Below, piece by piece: positions 28,480 to 46,491 of a stretch of DNA of 64,000 nt. The number at the start of each line of letters is the position of its first letter. Within the stretch, counting starts at the first letter, position 1. The stretch is taken from the NCBI RefSeq assembly GCF_009914755.1, contig NC_060927.1, one strand, 5' to 3'. This stretch comes from the human T2T-CHM13v2.0 reference genome, Homo sapiens. Under the pieces are notes generated by a model. That model was given only the letters and a program-made list of their open reading frames with translations, was not told the origin of the DNA and ran no database searches. A program made the translations under genes and the position numbers.

Positions 28480-30780
28480 AAGCCTGATCAGATTTCACCC
28501 TTATATTTGTTTTTGTTTTGTTTTTTGGTGGGATAGTTGGGGGGGTTGGACAGATAATTTCATAGGTAATGCAGTATACTTCCTATTTCATTAATTATCA
28601 GGGAAGCAGTGTCTGAGTTGTTTTCTTTTTTTATGATGTTAACATTAAACATTATATTGGGTTTAGGTGTAGTTAGCTCCATCCACCCATAGTGAAATTC
28701 CCCAAGACTCTTTCACTTAGTGGTGAAGTCCTTTTGTGGGGTTATATTGCCTGTATCCGTTATTGCATTAGAGGTTGCAACGTGGTGATTATCTAATTCT
28801 ATTATTTCTTCAATATTTATCAACTGAGAGTCTTTTATGAAGAACTTTCCCTTTCCAGCTGTTTGACTACCCTGAAATACAATTTGTACAGGAAAGGCAA
28901 GAAAAATGCTTAATTCTTTGCCTCTATTTTCAGACCACAGTAATGAGTTGGTGGCCTAGCAGCCTCCAAAGGTAACCATGAGGGTTTTTGCCTTTTTGTA
29001 AACCTATAATCATGAACTTATAGACTTTATATTTAAACTGTTTCAACATATGGCAGTTGTGTTTTTAATACTCAAATTGTTTCATCTTTGGCCAGTGGGA
29101 GCTCCTTAAAGTTGGCTCCTATTCCATTTGATATGACCAATAGCTTTGGTAATTTCCTTGCTTTCTGGTAAATAATTTTCCTGGCTCATTTATAGATTTC
29201 TGGTCTTCAAGGAGCCGTGGTTCTTTTGAGTCTGAGATAGTATTTGGAGACCACAGTCTTACCTAGGTGGGAGAGGTGTTCTTGCTACTAGGTTAGTCGT
29301 TAGTTCTAGGATTTATGGTGGCCAGAGTTAGGAAATATTATATATTAAAAAAAACACAAATATGCAAAATTCGCATTGTTTCCAACATTTAACATTTAAA
29401 TTTCCAAAATTTAAACTTAATTTTACAGTTTTTTCACACGTTGGATTTATGTTTGTATCTTTTTTGCTGAGTCTTGGTGCCTAGTGCCATTAATAGAATT
29501 AGTTTTTTTTCCTCATCCTATGTTATATATAATGGTTTCAAGTTAACAGGCTATTTTATTATCAATATGATTCCTGAATAGTGCTTAGGATTTCTTTGCA
29601 ACTGTCTTTTATCCTTATTTTATATGTCTCTAGGAAAGTGTATAGTAAAATTATTGTATTTAAAGGCATATGAAGTAATTTATTGTATAGTTAGCCTATC
29701 AAGTTGATATCTAGTTGGTAGTTGATTTATTTTATTTTGTTTCCAATTTTTCAGTACTGCTTTTTTCCCCATTTTGATTTGTTTTATTATATGCAAAACC
29801 TTAGCATAATTCCCATAAAACAAGTACCCATAAAACAAGTACCCATAAAACAATTTAGCTTTCATCTCTGTTTCTTCCACTCTGCTTATTTTCCTTCCTT
29901 ACTGATACTGTTTTTACTAGTTTTGAGTCTATCCTTCCATTAAAAAAACACATACCTAAAAGCAAATCTACATGGACAAACATACCTTTCTTTCTTAGGT
30001 AAAATGTGCTATTATGTATACTGTTTTCCATCTTGGGTTTTTCACCTAGTGATATATGTCCTGTAGATCCCCTCCTTAGGAGTATGTAGAGATTGTTATT
30101 CCTTTTTACAGTTTCGTAGTACTCCATTGGTGGATGAATATTTAATTCGTCCCCTCTTGATAGACACTTGTGTTATTTTCTGCTATTACAAATAGTCATG
30201 CAGTGAATATCCCTGTGGATATGTTGTTTTGCATTTTTGCCAATGAGCCTGTGGGATAGATTCTTAAAAGTAGCGTTGTTGGATAAAAGGGTAAATGCAT
30301 ATATCAGTTGTTAGGTATTACCAAAGTCTCCTCTATAGCAGTTGTGTTCATTTTGCATTCCTACCTATTATGTATATGAGTGCCTGTTGTCCCACAGCCT
30401 TGTCATCAGAGTGTATTATCAAACATTTAATTTTTGGTTAATCTGGTACAGAAGAAAGGGTAACTTACTGTAGTTTTAATTTGTATTTCTCTTATGAGCA
30501 AGGTTGAACATCTTTTCATGTTTTTACTGTCATTTGTATTTTTCTGTGCATTGCTTGTTTATACCTCTCGCCCATGTTTCTATAGATTTTTTGCCTAATC
30601 TTTTATAAGCTCCTTATATATTTGGGTAATTAACCGTTTGTGGTAAAACTTTCAGGTACTGTTGTCATTTGTCAGTTAACTTTGCTTATGGCACTTTTTC
30701 ATATAAAAGTTTGTTTTTATGTACTCCTATTTCTCAGACTTTCTCATTGTTCTTCCTGGATTTTGAACTATAGTTTGGAC
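28480..30780 (-). mobile_element. Old L1M (L1MC/ME-type) fragments
   Basis: Degenerate antisense L1 3' motifs (GTAGTACTCCATTG, TTTGCATTCCTACC, GTTGAACATCTTTTCATG). Confidence 0.55.
29812..29853. repeat. 15-bp tandem repeat, about 2.8 copies
   Basis: CCCATAAAACAAGTA x2 plus CCCATAAAACAA. Confidence 0.95.
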
Positions 30781-31185
30781 AATTTTTTAAAAACTTTAAT
30801 ATTTTGAAAAGTTTCTCTAATACCTTATTTACTGGTATCAGTTTAATTAGGAGCCTTTCTGGAAAATGCTTAGTAATACTGATTGTTCATCGGAACAGCC
30901 ATAGTTTACTGGCCATGGTATATCTGACACAATCATAGAGCTTTGTAATGAAAACGACACCAAGGCAGGTACAGGGACAGAGAGCATTGTTATCCTCCTT
31001 TAGACTTGAAGGTTAGGCATATCCCTTCTCTTAGTATGTACACATTTATTCATAATTCTGTCTGGAGTTTTTATTTTCTTCCTGTGTCCCATTTTGTGAA
31101 TAATTTGGTCTTGGGCATATACTATGATATTTTTCCTGATCTGTAAAATGATAAAGTTAAATTAGAGGCCTGAAGTGCTTTCTAG

Positions 31186-31516
<331 letters not shown>

Positions 31517-31851
31517 TGACATAGTGCATAGAGTTGAATGATGGTCAGGTTGGTTAGGAAAAGAATCAGTGATATAACTATGAGCAACTCAGATGACAAA
31601 CATCCACAGAAAATCAGCCCTTACTATTTGCCTGATCCTGAGAATTGATGGTGTTTGGCACTACTCAGGCAGATGGTGAAGGTATTACAGAAACACTTTG
31701 CACATTAGTAAGTTTACTTTATTTCTCACATAGGATATTACTGGTCCACTTCCCTCCTTTTTTTTTTTTTTTTTAAACAGGAATCTCTGTCTTAGACCAT
31801 TTTGATTTCTAAAATAGCAATATTTCTTATGTGACTATTTCATTATTGTGC

Positions 31852-31870
31852 TGCTGCCACCTGGTGGCCA
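31852..31870 (-). promoter_or_regulatory. CTCF motif
   Basis: Minus strand reads TGGCCACCAGGTGGCAGCA, a near-perfect CTCF consensus. Confidence 0.75.
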
Positions 31871-33269
31871 CAGTAGTGATGTCATACTTCAGTTTAATTT
31901 CTTTTTTTATTGCAAAGACACTATTAAGCCAAAAGATAGGCTGATATATTTTAAGATATAGAATACTGTAAAATATATAAAGGTTGCACATTGATTGTGA
32001 CTCAATTGATTGCCACAATGTCTAGGTTGAATCCAGGACTATAATTTTTAGTTTATCATAGTCAAGTTATTTAACTCTCTAAGCCTGTTTTCTCAAAGTA
32101 ATAGTATCTGTCTTTTATGAGTATAGTGAAGATTGATTTAGACAATGTGTACAAGGCAGCTGTTGAACATTCAGTAACTTAACTTCTAAGTATATTATTA
32201 AATAGTCATAGAAAATATATTAATGTATATTACTAAATATATTAATGTTTAAGAATAACATGACCTAAATAAGTATAATTTTACTAATGATAATTTTGAA
32301 TAACTGTGATAGCACTGTCAATAAGAATAGCACTTTCCTACATGTTAGTTAAGTATCCGTGTATGGTTGTCAGGAGCATGCTACTTACAGTGGACATTTA
32401 ATTGGCTGTTAGAACCCATGAAAAAGCTGGAAGAAACCTTAGAGAATATTGTTCATGCCCCTCATTTTGCAGATGTTAAAACAAGTCCGAGAATATAAAG
32501 CTAGTTAGTTGCAGAGTAGGACTGTATCCTGGGTCTCCATCTAGTGTGGTGTGGACCGTGTACTGCCTCCCAGTTCTCCTAGAGTGGACCAAAACATGGA
32601 ATCTTGGTTGCATTGTAGTTGGACTGTATTGTGATTTGAAAGTGGAGTAAAACATGGGAACCTTTTTCTTTAGGTTTTTATTTTTGCAATTTTGGTGTAA
32701 TATGTAGGATAAACCAACTAGAAAAAAAATCCTCCCTGTCACGTTTGTGCACAAATAATTTAATACTCAGTTTGTTAGTATCTTTAAAAATAGATGCAAA
32801 TAAGGTGCAGTGGTTCTATTTTCCAGTCTTCTCATTCTCCTCTGTGTCTCTGGAACACCCTGGGCATGCCTCTCACTATATTTATCACACTGGGAAAGCC
32901 TTTTTGGCTCATTTTTTTCTGTCCCATACTAGACTATTAATACCTTGAAAGGGGCCATATCTTTCATCACTATATATCTAGTTGTTAGTACAACATTGAA
33001 TTACGTGTTGAGTAAAATAATCTACTTCTTACAGCAGTATAATTTTTAGATGAGGATTAGCCCAGGGGCAGAACCTCTACACCACAGTCTGGTTATTGTC
33101 TTAAGGGTTTAAGGAAAAAGCATTTTGGAATGAAAAGTGGTTTGACATTGAACATTTTGAAGATTTATTATAAAAGGCGAGAAGCATACACATATTAATC
33201 AACACTACTGAGTTTAAGGGTCCTCTTTCCTTTCTCACTGTCACCTTTCTTCATGGTGTATCTTACCCT

Positions 33270-33590
33270 TTATTTTATATTTATTTATTTATTTATTTAT
33301 TTATTTATTTGAGATGGAATCTCTGTCTGCCACCCAGGCTGTAGTGCAATGGTGTGATCTCGGATCACTGCAACCTCCGCCTCCCGACTTCAAGCGATTT
33401 TCCTGCCTCAGCCTCCCCATGGCTGGAACTACAGGTGCATGCCACCATGCCCAGCTAATTTTTTTTTTTTTTGGTAGAGGCGGAGTTTTACCATGTTGGC
33501 CAGGCTGGTCTCAAACTCCTGACCTCAGGTGATCCGCCTCCCTCGGCCTCCCAAGTTCTAGGATTACAGGCGTGAGCCACCGCACCCAAC
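33270..33590 (-). mobile_element. AluS SINE with (TTTA)n tail
   Basis: Reverse Alu; TGTATCTT repeated on both flanks. Confidence 0.92.
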
Positions 33591-34497
33591 TGTATCTTGC
33601 TGTTTATATGGCAGTCTTCTATCTCCCGTTCCCTCTTTCTCTGCTAGACCCTTCATGTAGTTCCCCAGCTGTGACCAGTTTGCATGGGGGAGAGGGTAGG
33701 TAAAAGAGGGAGGGGAGTTAAGTTCAGCCAAAATAATCTGCCACGTGCCATGTTGAAATGCTGCGTTGAGCTCTGCAGCTGCAGAGATGAATAAAATTGG
33801 GTTTCTGCCCTGGAGGGATGAATAGTCTAGTAAGGAAAAATAGTATGTAAAAAACTCACTTCCAGTGTGGTGTAACTCCTATGAAAGAACGTATTAAGCA
33901 CTGGGAGCAAATGAAGTGCAGAGGTGGGAGGGCCCTGTGGCTGCCTTTCGGTGGAGAGAGGATGTTGCATGCAGGAAGCTCTATGAGCCTGTCTTCAGGG
34001 GTGAGTAGGCTTTCCCATGATAGACCAAAGAGTTTAATCTCAGTACACTTCGCATTTTTTATACTATCTCTTTAATTTTTAAAAAGCTATACTTTCCCTC
34101 TGACATGTGTGAACCCATTTCTTTCTCATTTTGTTAAGGGAGTTTGTGTATCCGTCTGCTAGAGAGATCCCACCTCCACCCCTGCTCACCCGACATTAGG
34201 AATTAGGCAAAGAACAATGAGATATTTGATAGTTACACGGAGAGAGTGTCAACCGCAATTCAGATATTTTTAAGTTATTCTGTTTTAGTCCGAAATAGTT
34301 TGTTCCTAGTATTCCCGAAGTGATGTTCTTTGACTGCTTCTACAGTCATCTTAAGAAGTGCTGCATTTTTTCATTACTATGTATGCTTTCATTCACATTC
34401 TTAAGTTGTAAGTTAGAATGTTAGAACTGAAGAAATGAATTGTCTCATGACTGATATTTTTTTCTTTGTCAGTTGCCAAAACAAAGGGGATTTGGTG

Positions 34498-34541
34498 ATG
34501 GAGGCTTTGTTAGAAGGAATACAAAATCGAGGGCATGGTGG
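34498..34541 (+). CDS. CEP63: Centrosomal protein 63, first coding exon (MEALLEGIQNRGHG..)
   Basis: Exon 34473-34541 with TTTGTCAG acceptor and GG|GTAAGT donor; ATG in GTGATGG context; 44 coding nt, phase compatible with the next exon. Confidence 0.95.
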
Positions 34542-35292
34542 GTAAGTTTGCTTTTTTTAAAATTAATTTTTTTGGTTAATACATGATTACATATTTATAG
34601 GGTTCACATGATACTTTGATACATACATATAATGTGTAATGATCAAATAAGGGTATTTAGTATACCTATCAGCTCAAGCATTTATCATTTTTTGTGTTGG
34701 GAACATTTCAATTCTTCTAGCTACTTTGAAATATATAGTAAATTTTTAAAGTTTAAGGAACCTTACTGTGCTAGTCACCCGACTGTGCTAATTACTTAAC
34801 TAGTTACATACTAGTTACTTAGTAGTCACCTTACTGTGCTATTTAACACTAGAGCTTACTCTTCTACCTAACTGTATGGTTTGTACCCATTAACCAAACA
34901 TTCTTCACCCCCAACCCCTTCCCAGCCTCTGGTAACCATCGTTCTACTCTCTACCTCCATGAGGTGAACTTTTTTAGACCCCACATATGAATGAGAACAT
35001 GAGATATTTGTCTTTCTGTGCCTATTATTTCACTTAACGACCACCAGTTTTATCCATGTTGCTGCAAATAACAGGGCTTCATTCTTTTTTATGGCTGAAT
35101 AGTATTCCATGATGGATATATTTCTGACATTTTCTTTATCCATTAATCTGCTGTTGGACACTCAAGTCAATTCCATATCTTGGTTATTGTGAATAATGCT
35201 GCAATAAACATGGGGGTACAAGTATCCCTTTCACATACTGATTTCCTTTCCTTTGGATAGATTACCCAATAGTGTGCTTTCTGAATCATATG

Positions 35293-35987
35293 TGTTGTGA
35301 GTGGTGCAAAGTCAGACATAACCAGGTCCATACATGTTTGTGTCTTTTCTACAAGAGCAAACTTTTATTGATGCTATTTTCAGTCATGAAAGCCACAAGC
35401 TACATGGAGTTCCCAAGGAGGCATTTCCCCCTAGTACTACCAGTTCACTCAATAGTCAGAGCCATGGGCATACAGGCTCAAGCCTCTCCACAAGTCAGTC
35501 AGTATTGCAAACCATACATAATAGTGTATTAATATATGTAAATGTTGCAGTGTAAACATTCCACATCAAACAAAGTAACATTTAACAGGAGAAAAGGATA
35601 GAAAAAAAAGGGGGGGGGCTAAAGAACTAGTCCAAAGAGAACAACTGGACAAAGAGAATATTCTGGCCTGATCTGGACGGTTGTCAACATTCTTGCAAGG
35701 AGGAGCCTTTGGTGACAGATGCCAGGTGCTGATCACAAGTGACAGCCAGACAGGCTGTTATCAAGACAGCTGTTTTGAGCTGGTAAAGTCTTGCTCTTTT
35801 TGTGGCCACAGAATCTTCTGGTGATAACTGATAGTGAAATATTGTGCCTGTTTATGTCATTATCTGATTGAGTGCAGTCTTTATTGATAAGGTGAACATC
35901 GGGTCCCTGTGGGCATGATGTCTTTTGAAATGTGAGATGCAATCTCTTTCTAAAATGGAGTTACTTATGTTAAGGGTGCTATATACA
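35293..35987 (-). mobile_element. ERV solo LTR (probably ERV1/MER4 group) inserted in L1
   Basis: TG...CA termini, ATATG duplicated on both sides, host L1 resumes after it; AAAATGGAGTTAC motif. Confidence 0.75.
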
Positions 35988-36550
35988 ATATGGTAGTTCT
36001 ATTTTTAGTTTTTTAGAAAACTCCATTTAGTTTTCCATAATGGCTGTACTAATTTTACATTCTCACCAACAGCATATGAGAGTTCCCTTTTGTCCACATC
36101 CCCCCCAGCATTTGTTATATTTTGTCTTTTTGATAATCATTCTAACTGGGGTGAGATGAATCATTGTGGTTTTCACTTGCATTTTCCTGGTGATTTAGTG
36201 GTGTCGACCATTTTTTCATACACCTTTTGGCCATTTGTATGTCTTCTTTAGAGAAATGTCTATTCAAATCCTTTGCCCACATTTTAATAGGGTTTTTTGT
36301 TTTTTTGCTGTTGAGTTGTTTTTCTTGTATATTCTGGATGTTTAGTCCCTTGTTGAATGAATAGTTTGCAAATATTTTCTCCCATTCTACAAGTTGTCTT
36401 TGACTCTATTGTTTCCTTTGCCGTGCAAAAACTTTTTAGTTTAACTAGGTCCCAATTGTCGGTTTTTGTTTTTGTTGCCTGTGCTTTTGAAGTCTTAACC
36501 ATAAAATCTTTGCCTTGACCAGTGTACTGAAGCATTTCCTCTATATTTTC

Positions 36551-36843
36551 TTTTTGTTTTTTTAGAGACGGGTGTCTCATTCTGTTGTGCAGGCTGGAGT
36601 ACAGCAGCACAGTCGTAGCTCACTGTAGCCTCAAACTCCTGGGTTCAAGTGATCCGCCTGCTTCAGTGTCCCAAGTATCTGGGACCATAGGCATGTCATC
36701 TGGCTAATTTAAGAAGGTTTTTTTTTTAAGAGATGAGATCTCATTGTGTTGCTCAAGCAGTTCTTGAACTCCTGGCCTCAAGTGATCCTCCTGCCTCAGC
36801 CTCCTGAGTAGTTGGGATCACAGGCATCAGCCACTGTACCCAA
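36551..36843 (-). mobile_element. AluJ SINE inside L1
   Basis: Diverged reverse Alu; CTAT(A/G)TTTTCT flanking repeat. Confidence 0.88.
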
Positions 36844-38802
36844 TCCCTATGTTTTCTTCTAGTAGTTTTATAGTTTTGGGTCTTACATTTAAGTCTTTAG
36901 TCCATTTTGAGTTGATTTTTTTTTTAATATGGTGAGAGATAGGGGTCTAGTTTCATTTTTCTGCATGTGAATATCAATTTTTTCCAGCACCATTTATTGA
37001 ATAGGGCGTCCTTTTCCCATTGTATGTTATTGGCACCTTTGTTGAAAATCAGTGGGCTGTAAATACAATTTCTGGGTTGTCTATTCTGTTCCGTTGGTGT
37101 ATGTTTCTGCTTTTATACTAATACCATGCTATTTTGGTTATTATAGCTTGGTAGTATATTTTGAAGTCAGGTAGTGTGATACCTCCAGTTTTGTTCCTTT
37201 TGATCAAGATTCCTTTGGCTATTCAGGGCCTTTTATGGTTCGGTGTGAATTTTAGTATTATTTTTTCTATTTCTGTGAAGCATGTCATAGGTATTTTGAT
37301 AGAGATTGCATTGAATCTGTGGATAGATTTGGATATAATCATTTGAATATATTAATTCTTCTGACCCATGGGCATGAATGTCTTTTCATTTGTATCTTCA
37401 ATTTCTTTCATTAGTGTTTCATAGTTTTCTTTGTAGAGGTCTTTTATGTCCTTGGTTAAATTTAATCCTAGGTATTTTTTTTTTCTGGTAGCTATTGTAA
37501 ATGGGATTGCTTTTTTGATTTCTCTTTCAGCTAGTTCATTATTGGTGTATAGAAACATTACTGATTTTTGTATGTTGATTTTGTATTCTGCAACTTTACT
37601 GAATTTCTTTATCAGTTCTAAGACTTTTTTGGTGGAGTCTTTAGGTTTTTCTGTATGTCAGATTATGTTGTACACAAAGAGCAACAATTTGACTTCCTCC
37701 TTTCCAATTTGGATGCCTCTATTTCTTTTTCTTGCCTGATTGCTCTGACTAGGACTTTCAGTTATGTGTTGAATGGGAGTGGTGGAAGTGGGCATCCTTG
37801 TTGTGTTCAGGTTCTTAGAGGAAGGGCTTTCAGCTTTTCCCCATCCAGTATAATGATACCTGGGGAGCTGTCTTATATGGCCTTTATTATGTTGAGGTAT
37901 GTTCCTTCTATGCTTGAGAGTTTTTATCATGGAGAGATGTTGAATTTTATCAAGTGCTTTTTCTGTATCTGTTGAGATGATCATATGGTTTTTGTCTTTC
38001 ATTCTGTTGATGTGATGTATCACTTTTATTGATTTGTATATGTTGCATACCTGGGATAAATCCCACTTGATCATGCTGTATTATCTTTCTGTTCTGTTGT
38101 TGGATTTGGTTGGCTAGTATTTTGTTGAAGATTTTTGCATCTGTGTTCATCAGGGATATTGGCATGTAGTTGTCTTCTTTTGTTGTGTCCTTGTCTGCTT
38201 TTGTCATCAGAGTAAAGGTGGCCTTGTAGAATGAGTTAGGAAAATTTTTCTCGCCTTCAATTTTTTTGGAATACTTTGAGAAGAATTGATGTTCTTCTTT
38301 ATGAAGTTGGTAGAATTCAGCAGTAATGCCATCAGGTCCTGGGCTTTTCTCTCTTGGGAGACTTTTTATTCCTGGTTCAGTCATGTTACTCATTATTGGT
38401 CTTTTCAGGTTTTCTAATTCTTCCGAGTTCAATCTTGGTAGGAATTTATTTCCTCTAGGTGTTCCTATTTGTTAGCATATAGTTGTTTGTAATAATCTCT
38501 AATGACCCTTTGTATTTCTGTGGTTATCAGTTGTAATATTGCCTTTTCTGTTTCTGATTTTATTTATTTGGGTCTTCTCTTTTTTCTTGGTTAGTCTAGC
38601 TAATGGTTTATCGATTTTGTCTTTTTAAAAAACCAACTTTTTGTTTCATTGATTCTTTGTATTGTTTTTTAGTCTCTATTTTGTTTATTTCTGATCTGAT
38701 CTTTGTTATTTTTTTCCTTCTGCTAATTGGGTTTTGTTTGTTCTTGCTTTGCTACTCGAAGTGCATCGTTAGGTTGTTTATTTGAAGTCTTTGTACTGTT
38801 TT

Positions 38803-42301
<3,499 letters not shown>

Positions 42302-45300
42302 GTCTTTGTGCTGTTTTGATGTAGGCATCTATTGCTATAAACACTCCTCTTAGCACTGCCTTTGCTGTATCCCATAGGTTTTGGTATGTTGTATTTTCAT
42401 TTTCATTTGTTTCAAGACATTTTTGCATTTCTTTTTTAATTTCTTCACTGACCCAGTGGTCATTCAGGAGCATGTTGCTTAATTTCCATGTATTTGTGCC
42501 GTTTCCAAAGTTTCTCTTAATCTTGATTTTTAGCTTTTGTCCATTGTGGTCTAAGATACTTGATATGATTTTGATTTTAAAAAATTTGTTGAAACTTGTT
42601 TTGTGGCCTAACATATGGTCTATCCTGGAGAATGTTCTGTGTGCTAAAGAATGTGTATTCTGCAGCTGTTACATGAAATGTTCTATAAATGTCTTTAGGT
42701 CTCTTTGGTCTGTAGTGTAGAACAAACTGGATGTTTCTTTGTTGATTTTCTGTCTAAATCACTTGTCCAGTGCTCAAAGTGGGGTACCGAAGTCCCCAAT
42801 TATTATTGTATTGGAGTCTGTCTCTCTTTAGCTCTAATAATATTTTCTTCATATGTCTGTGTGCTCTGGTGTTGGATGTATGTATATTTACAGCTGTAAT
42901 ATCTTGTTGCTGAATTGATCCCTTTTCATTATATAATGACCTTCTTTGTCAGTTTTTATGTTTATATGACTTAAAGTCTATTTTGTGTGATATAGGAATA
43001 ACTACTCCTGCATGTTTTTGGTTTCCATTTGTGTAGGATATTTTTTCCCATCTCTTCATTTTCAGTTTATGCGTGTCTTTACGGATGAAGTGAGCTTCTT
43101 TTAGGTAGCACATAGTTAGGTCTTGCTTTTTATAGAGATATTCAGCCATTCTATATCTTTTAATTGGGGAATTTAAACCATTTACATTCAGGGTTGTTAT
43201 AGATAGGTGAGGACTTAACTCTTGTCGTTTTGTTAATTGCTTTCTGGTGGTCTTGTATATCCTTTGTTCCTTTCTTCTTCCTTTATTGTTTACCTGTGTA
43301 ATTTGGTCTCTCTCTCTTTTTTTTTTTTAGTGATAATGTTTGATGCCTTTCTCTTTCTCATTTGTGTTTCTGCTCCACCAGTGAGTCTTATACTTTTTGT
43401 GTGTTTTCACGATAGTAGATATCATCCTTTTGCCTCATGATGTAGGAATCCCATATGCATTTTTTTGTAGGGCTGGTCTAGTGATGATGAATTATCTCAG
43501 TTTTTGCTTGTCTGGGAAAAACTTTATTTCTCCTTCATTTTTGAAGGATGGCTCTGTTGGGTATAGTATTCTTAGACACCAGTTTTATTTGTTTTCTTTT
43601 AACACTTTGAATATATCGCCCCATTCTCTCCTGGTCTGTAAGGTTTCTGCTGAGAAATCTGCTGTTAGTCTGATGGCAATATCCTTATATGTGAGGAACT
43701 CACAGAACATCTGACATTTTTCTCTTGCTGTTTCAGAGTTCTTTGTCTTTGACTTTTGACAGTTTGACTATAATGTGCCTTAGAGAAGACCTTTTTAGGT
43801 TGAATCTATTTGGGGATATTTGAGCTTCCTTTATTTGGATATCTATATCTTTTGCAAGAATTGGGAAGTTTTCAGCTATTATTTTGTTAAATTGGTTTTC
43901 TGTACCTATGCCCATCTTTTCTCTTACTGGAATAGCAAGAATTTGGATATTTGATCACTTTATGGTCTCCCATATGCCATGTAGGCTTTCTTTTTTCTTT
44001 TTTATTCTTTATTCTTTTGTTGTTTTTGTTGTTGTCTCATGGGGTTATTTCAAAAGGTCCATCTTCAAGTTCAGAAATTCTCGTACTTGTTTCTACTCTG
44101 TTGTTGAAACTCAATTGCATTTTTAAATTTCATTTATTGAATTCTTCAGTTTCAGGATTTCTGTTTGGCTCTTTTTAATGATATCCATCTCTGTTGAATT
44201 TCTCTTTCAGAACATAAATTGTTTTCCCGATTTATTTTTATTATCTGTGTTTTCTTCTATCTCACTGAGTTTATTTAATAACATTATTTTGAATTCTTTT
44301 ATAGGCATTTCATACATTTCCTTTTCTTTGGGATCTGTTACCAGAGAATTATTGTGTTCCTTTGAGGTGTCCTTTTTCTTTCCTTTTTCATTTTTCTTGT
44401 GTCCTTGTGTTGATTTCTGTGTATCTGGTATAATAGTCACTTCTTCCAATTATATGGATTGGCTTTCATAGGGAAAATTTTTTTCATATAGGTGTATCTA
44501 TAGTGTTGGTTGGGTAGGGTGCTTTTGATTTGATTCTCAGTGGGTGCAAGAGTGTAGTTTCTATGATTTTTCCAGCCATAATCAGTATCAGTGGTTTCTG
44601 TGAGTTTTTCAGTGACTTGGACTGTGATTGTCAGTGGAGGCTATAGCAAGGCTCTGCTGGGGTAGGGACACCAGGCAGACTGGTCATCACGTACCAGACA
44701 GTGATGCCAGTGGCAGGCAGGATGGGCTTGTCCTCAGGCTCCCAGATGGCATGCACAGGCACTGATAGTAGCAGGCAGGGCAGATCAATCCCCAGGCCCC
44801 TGGGTGACATGCACAGGCACCAGTGGTGGCAGTAGTGGGTGAGGCAGGCCTCTCCAAGGTCCCTGGATGATGTCCATAGGTGCTGGCAGTGATCACGGTA
44901 GGTTGATTCTAAGTCACCTAGTGGTGGCAGGAGGGGCTAGGCTGATCACCAGTGCCTCAGACAATGTGCCTGGTAGTAGTGATGGGCACAGCAGGCCTGT
45001 CCTCAGGTCCCTAAGTGGTGTGTGTGGACTCCCAGTGGTAAGTTTTCTTTTAACCTTAAGCTTCTCACTGCAGTTTAAAAAACTTATCTGAGTTGTGCCT
45101 CTGACCATATTGTGCTTTGGGTACAGAAGCAAAAGTGTTGAGCAAAAGCTAAGTTGATCCATGTCATGGTCACAGCATTTTGGGGGGACTTTTTTTGGGT
45201 TGTTTGCCTCATCACAGCAGTGTGAAGCTAGTTGTTTGCCTACATCCTATCTTGAGTTTTCTACCCTTAAGAAGCAAAAGTACAAAGGTTCTGTCACACT

Positions 45301-45841
45301 AAGAACAGGTGCTTTTTGAAAGTATTTAAGCCTTACTGAGAGCTGTCTTGTGGCCATTTCTGGAAACCTCTTTGAATCTAATATATCTGTGTCCACTTCT
45401 GTTTCTCAGCAATATCTGGCATCTCCTGAAATGCCAGGACATCAGTAGGTTTACAATAGTAAGGTAGACTACAGTAAGTTTCTGACAGAAAGGTGGGCAG
45501 AAATAGTTGAAATAAATCTGGCTGAAGGATGAATTTCTTGAAGCAGCTCTTACAATTGTATTATCACTTTCCTGCATGATAGTCTGCTTTCTTCCAAGGC
45601 TTTTTCCTTTAGCTAGATGAAAATGTGATGTATAGGCTTGTCTGGATCCTTCCTGAAAGCTTCCTTAATATGTTACAGAGGCGCTTGTTGGCTGTAGCAG
45701 CCTGGCTCCACAAACCAGACTTAAAACATCAATCTTGTGCTTAACCAAACAACTTGGGCTTTAGGTTGGCTATGAGAGGAAGATAAGATATTCTGTGGAA
45801 TAAGTAATCATCTTAATATGAGCATTAAAAGTAAAAGCTCA

Positions 45842-46188
<347 letters not shown>

Positions 46189-46313
46189 TTACATTAATGT
46201 CATTTAATTATTTACTTCAGGTAGATTTACATCTGCTATATTTTTACATGAAAAAGATGAAAAGCCACTTGAACATATCTTCTGTTTTTTTAATGATCTG
46301 TTCTTCTTTATAG

Positions 46314-46491
46314 GGGATTTTTGACATCTTGTGAAGCAGAACTACAGGAGCTCATGAAACAGATTGACATAATGGTGGCTCATAAAAAATCTGAATGGGA
46401 AGGACGTACACATGCTCTAGAAACTTGCTTGAAAATCCGTGAACAGGAACTTAAGAGTCTTAGGAGTCAGTTGGATGTGACACATAAGGAG
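46314..46491 (+). CDS. CEP63: Centrosomal protein 63, second coding exon (..[59 protein letters not shown])
   Basis: TTTATAG acceptor, GAG|GTAAAG donor, 178 nt; 44+178 nt = 74 codons of recognised coiled-coil CEP63 N-terminus; the gene continues beyond the window. Confidence 0.96.
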
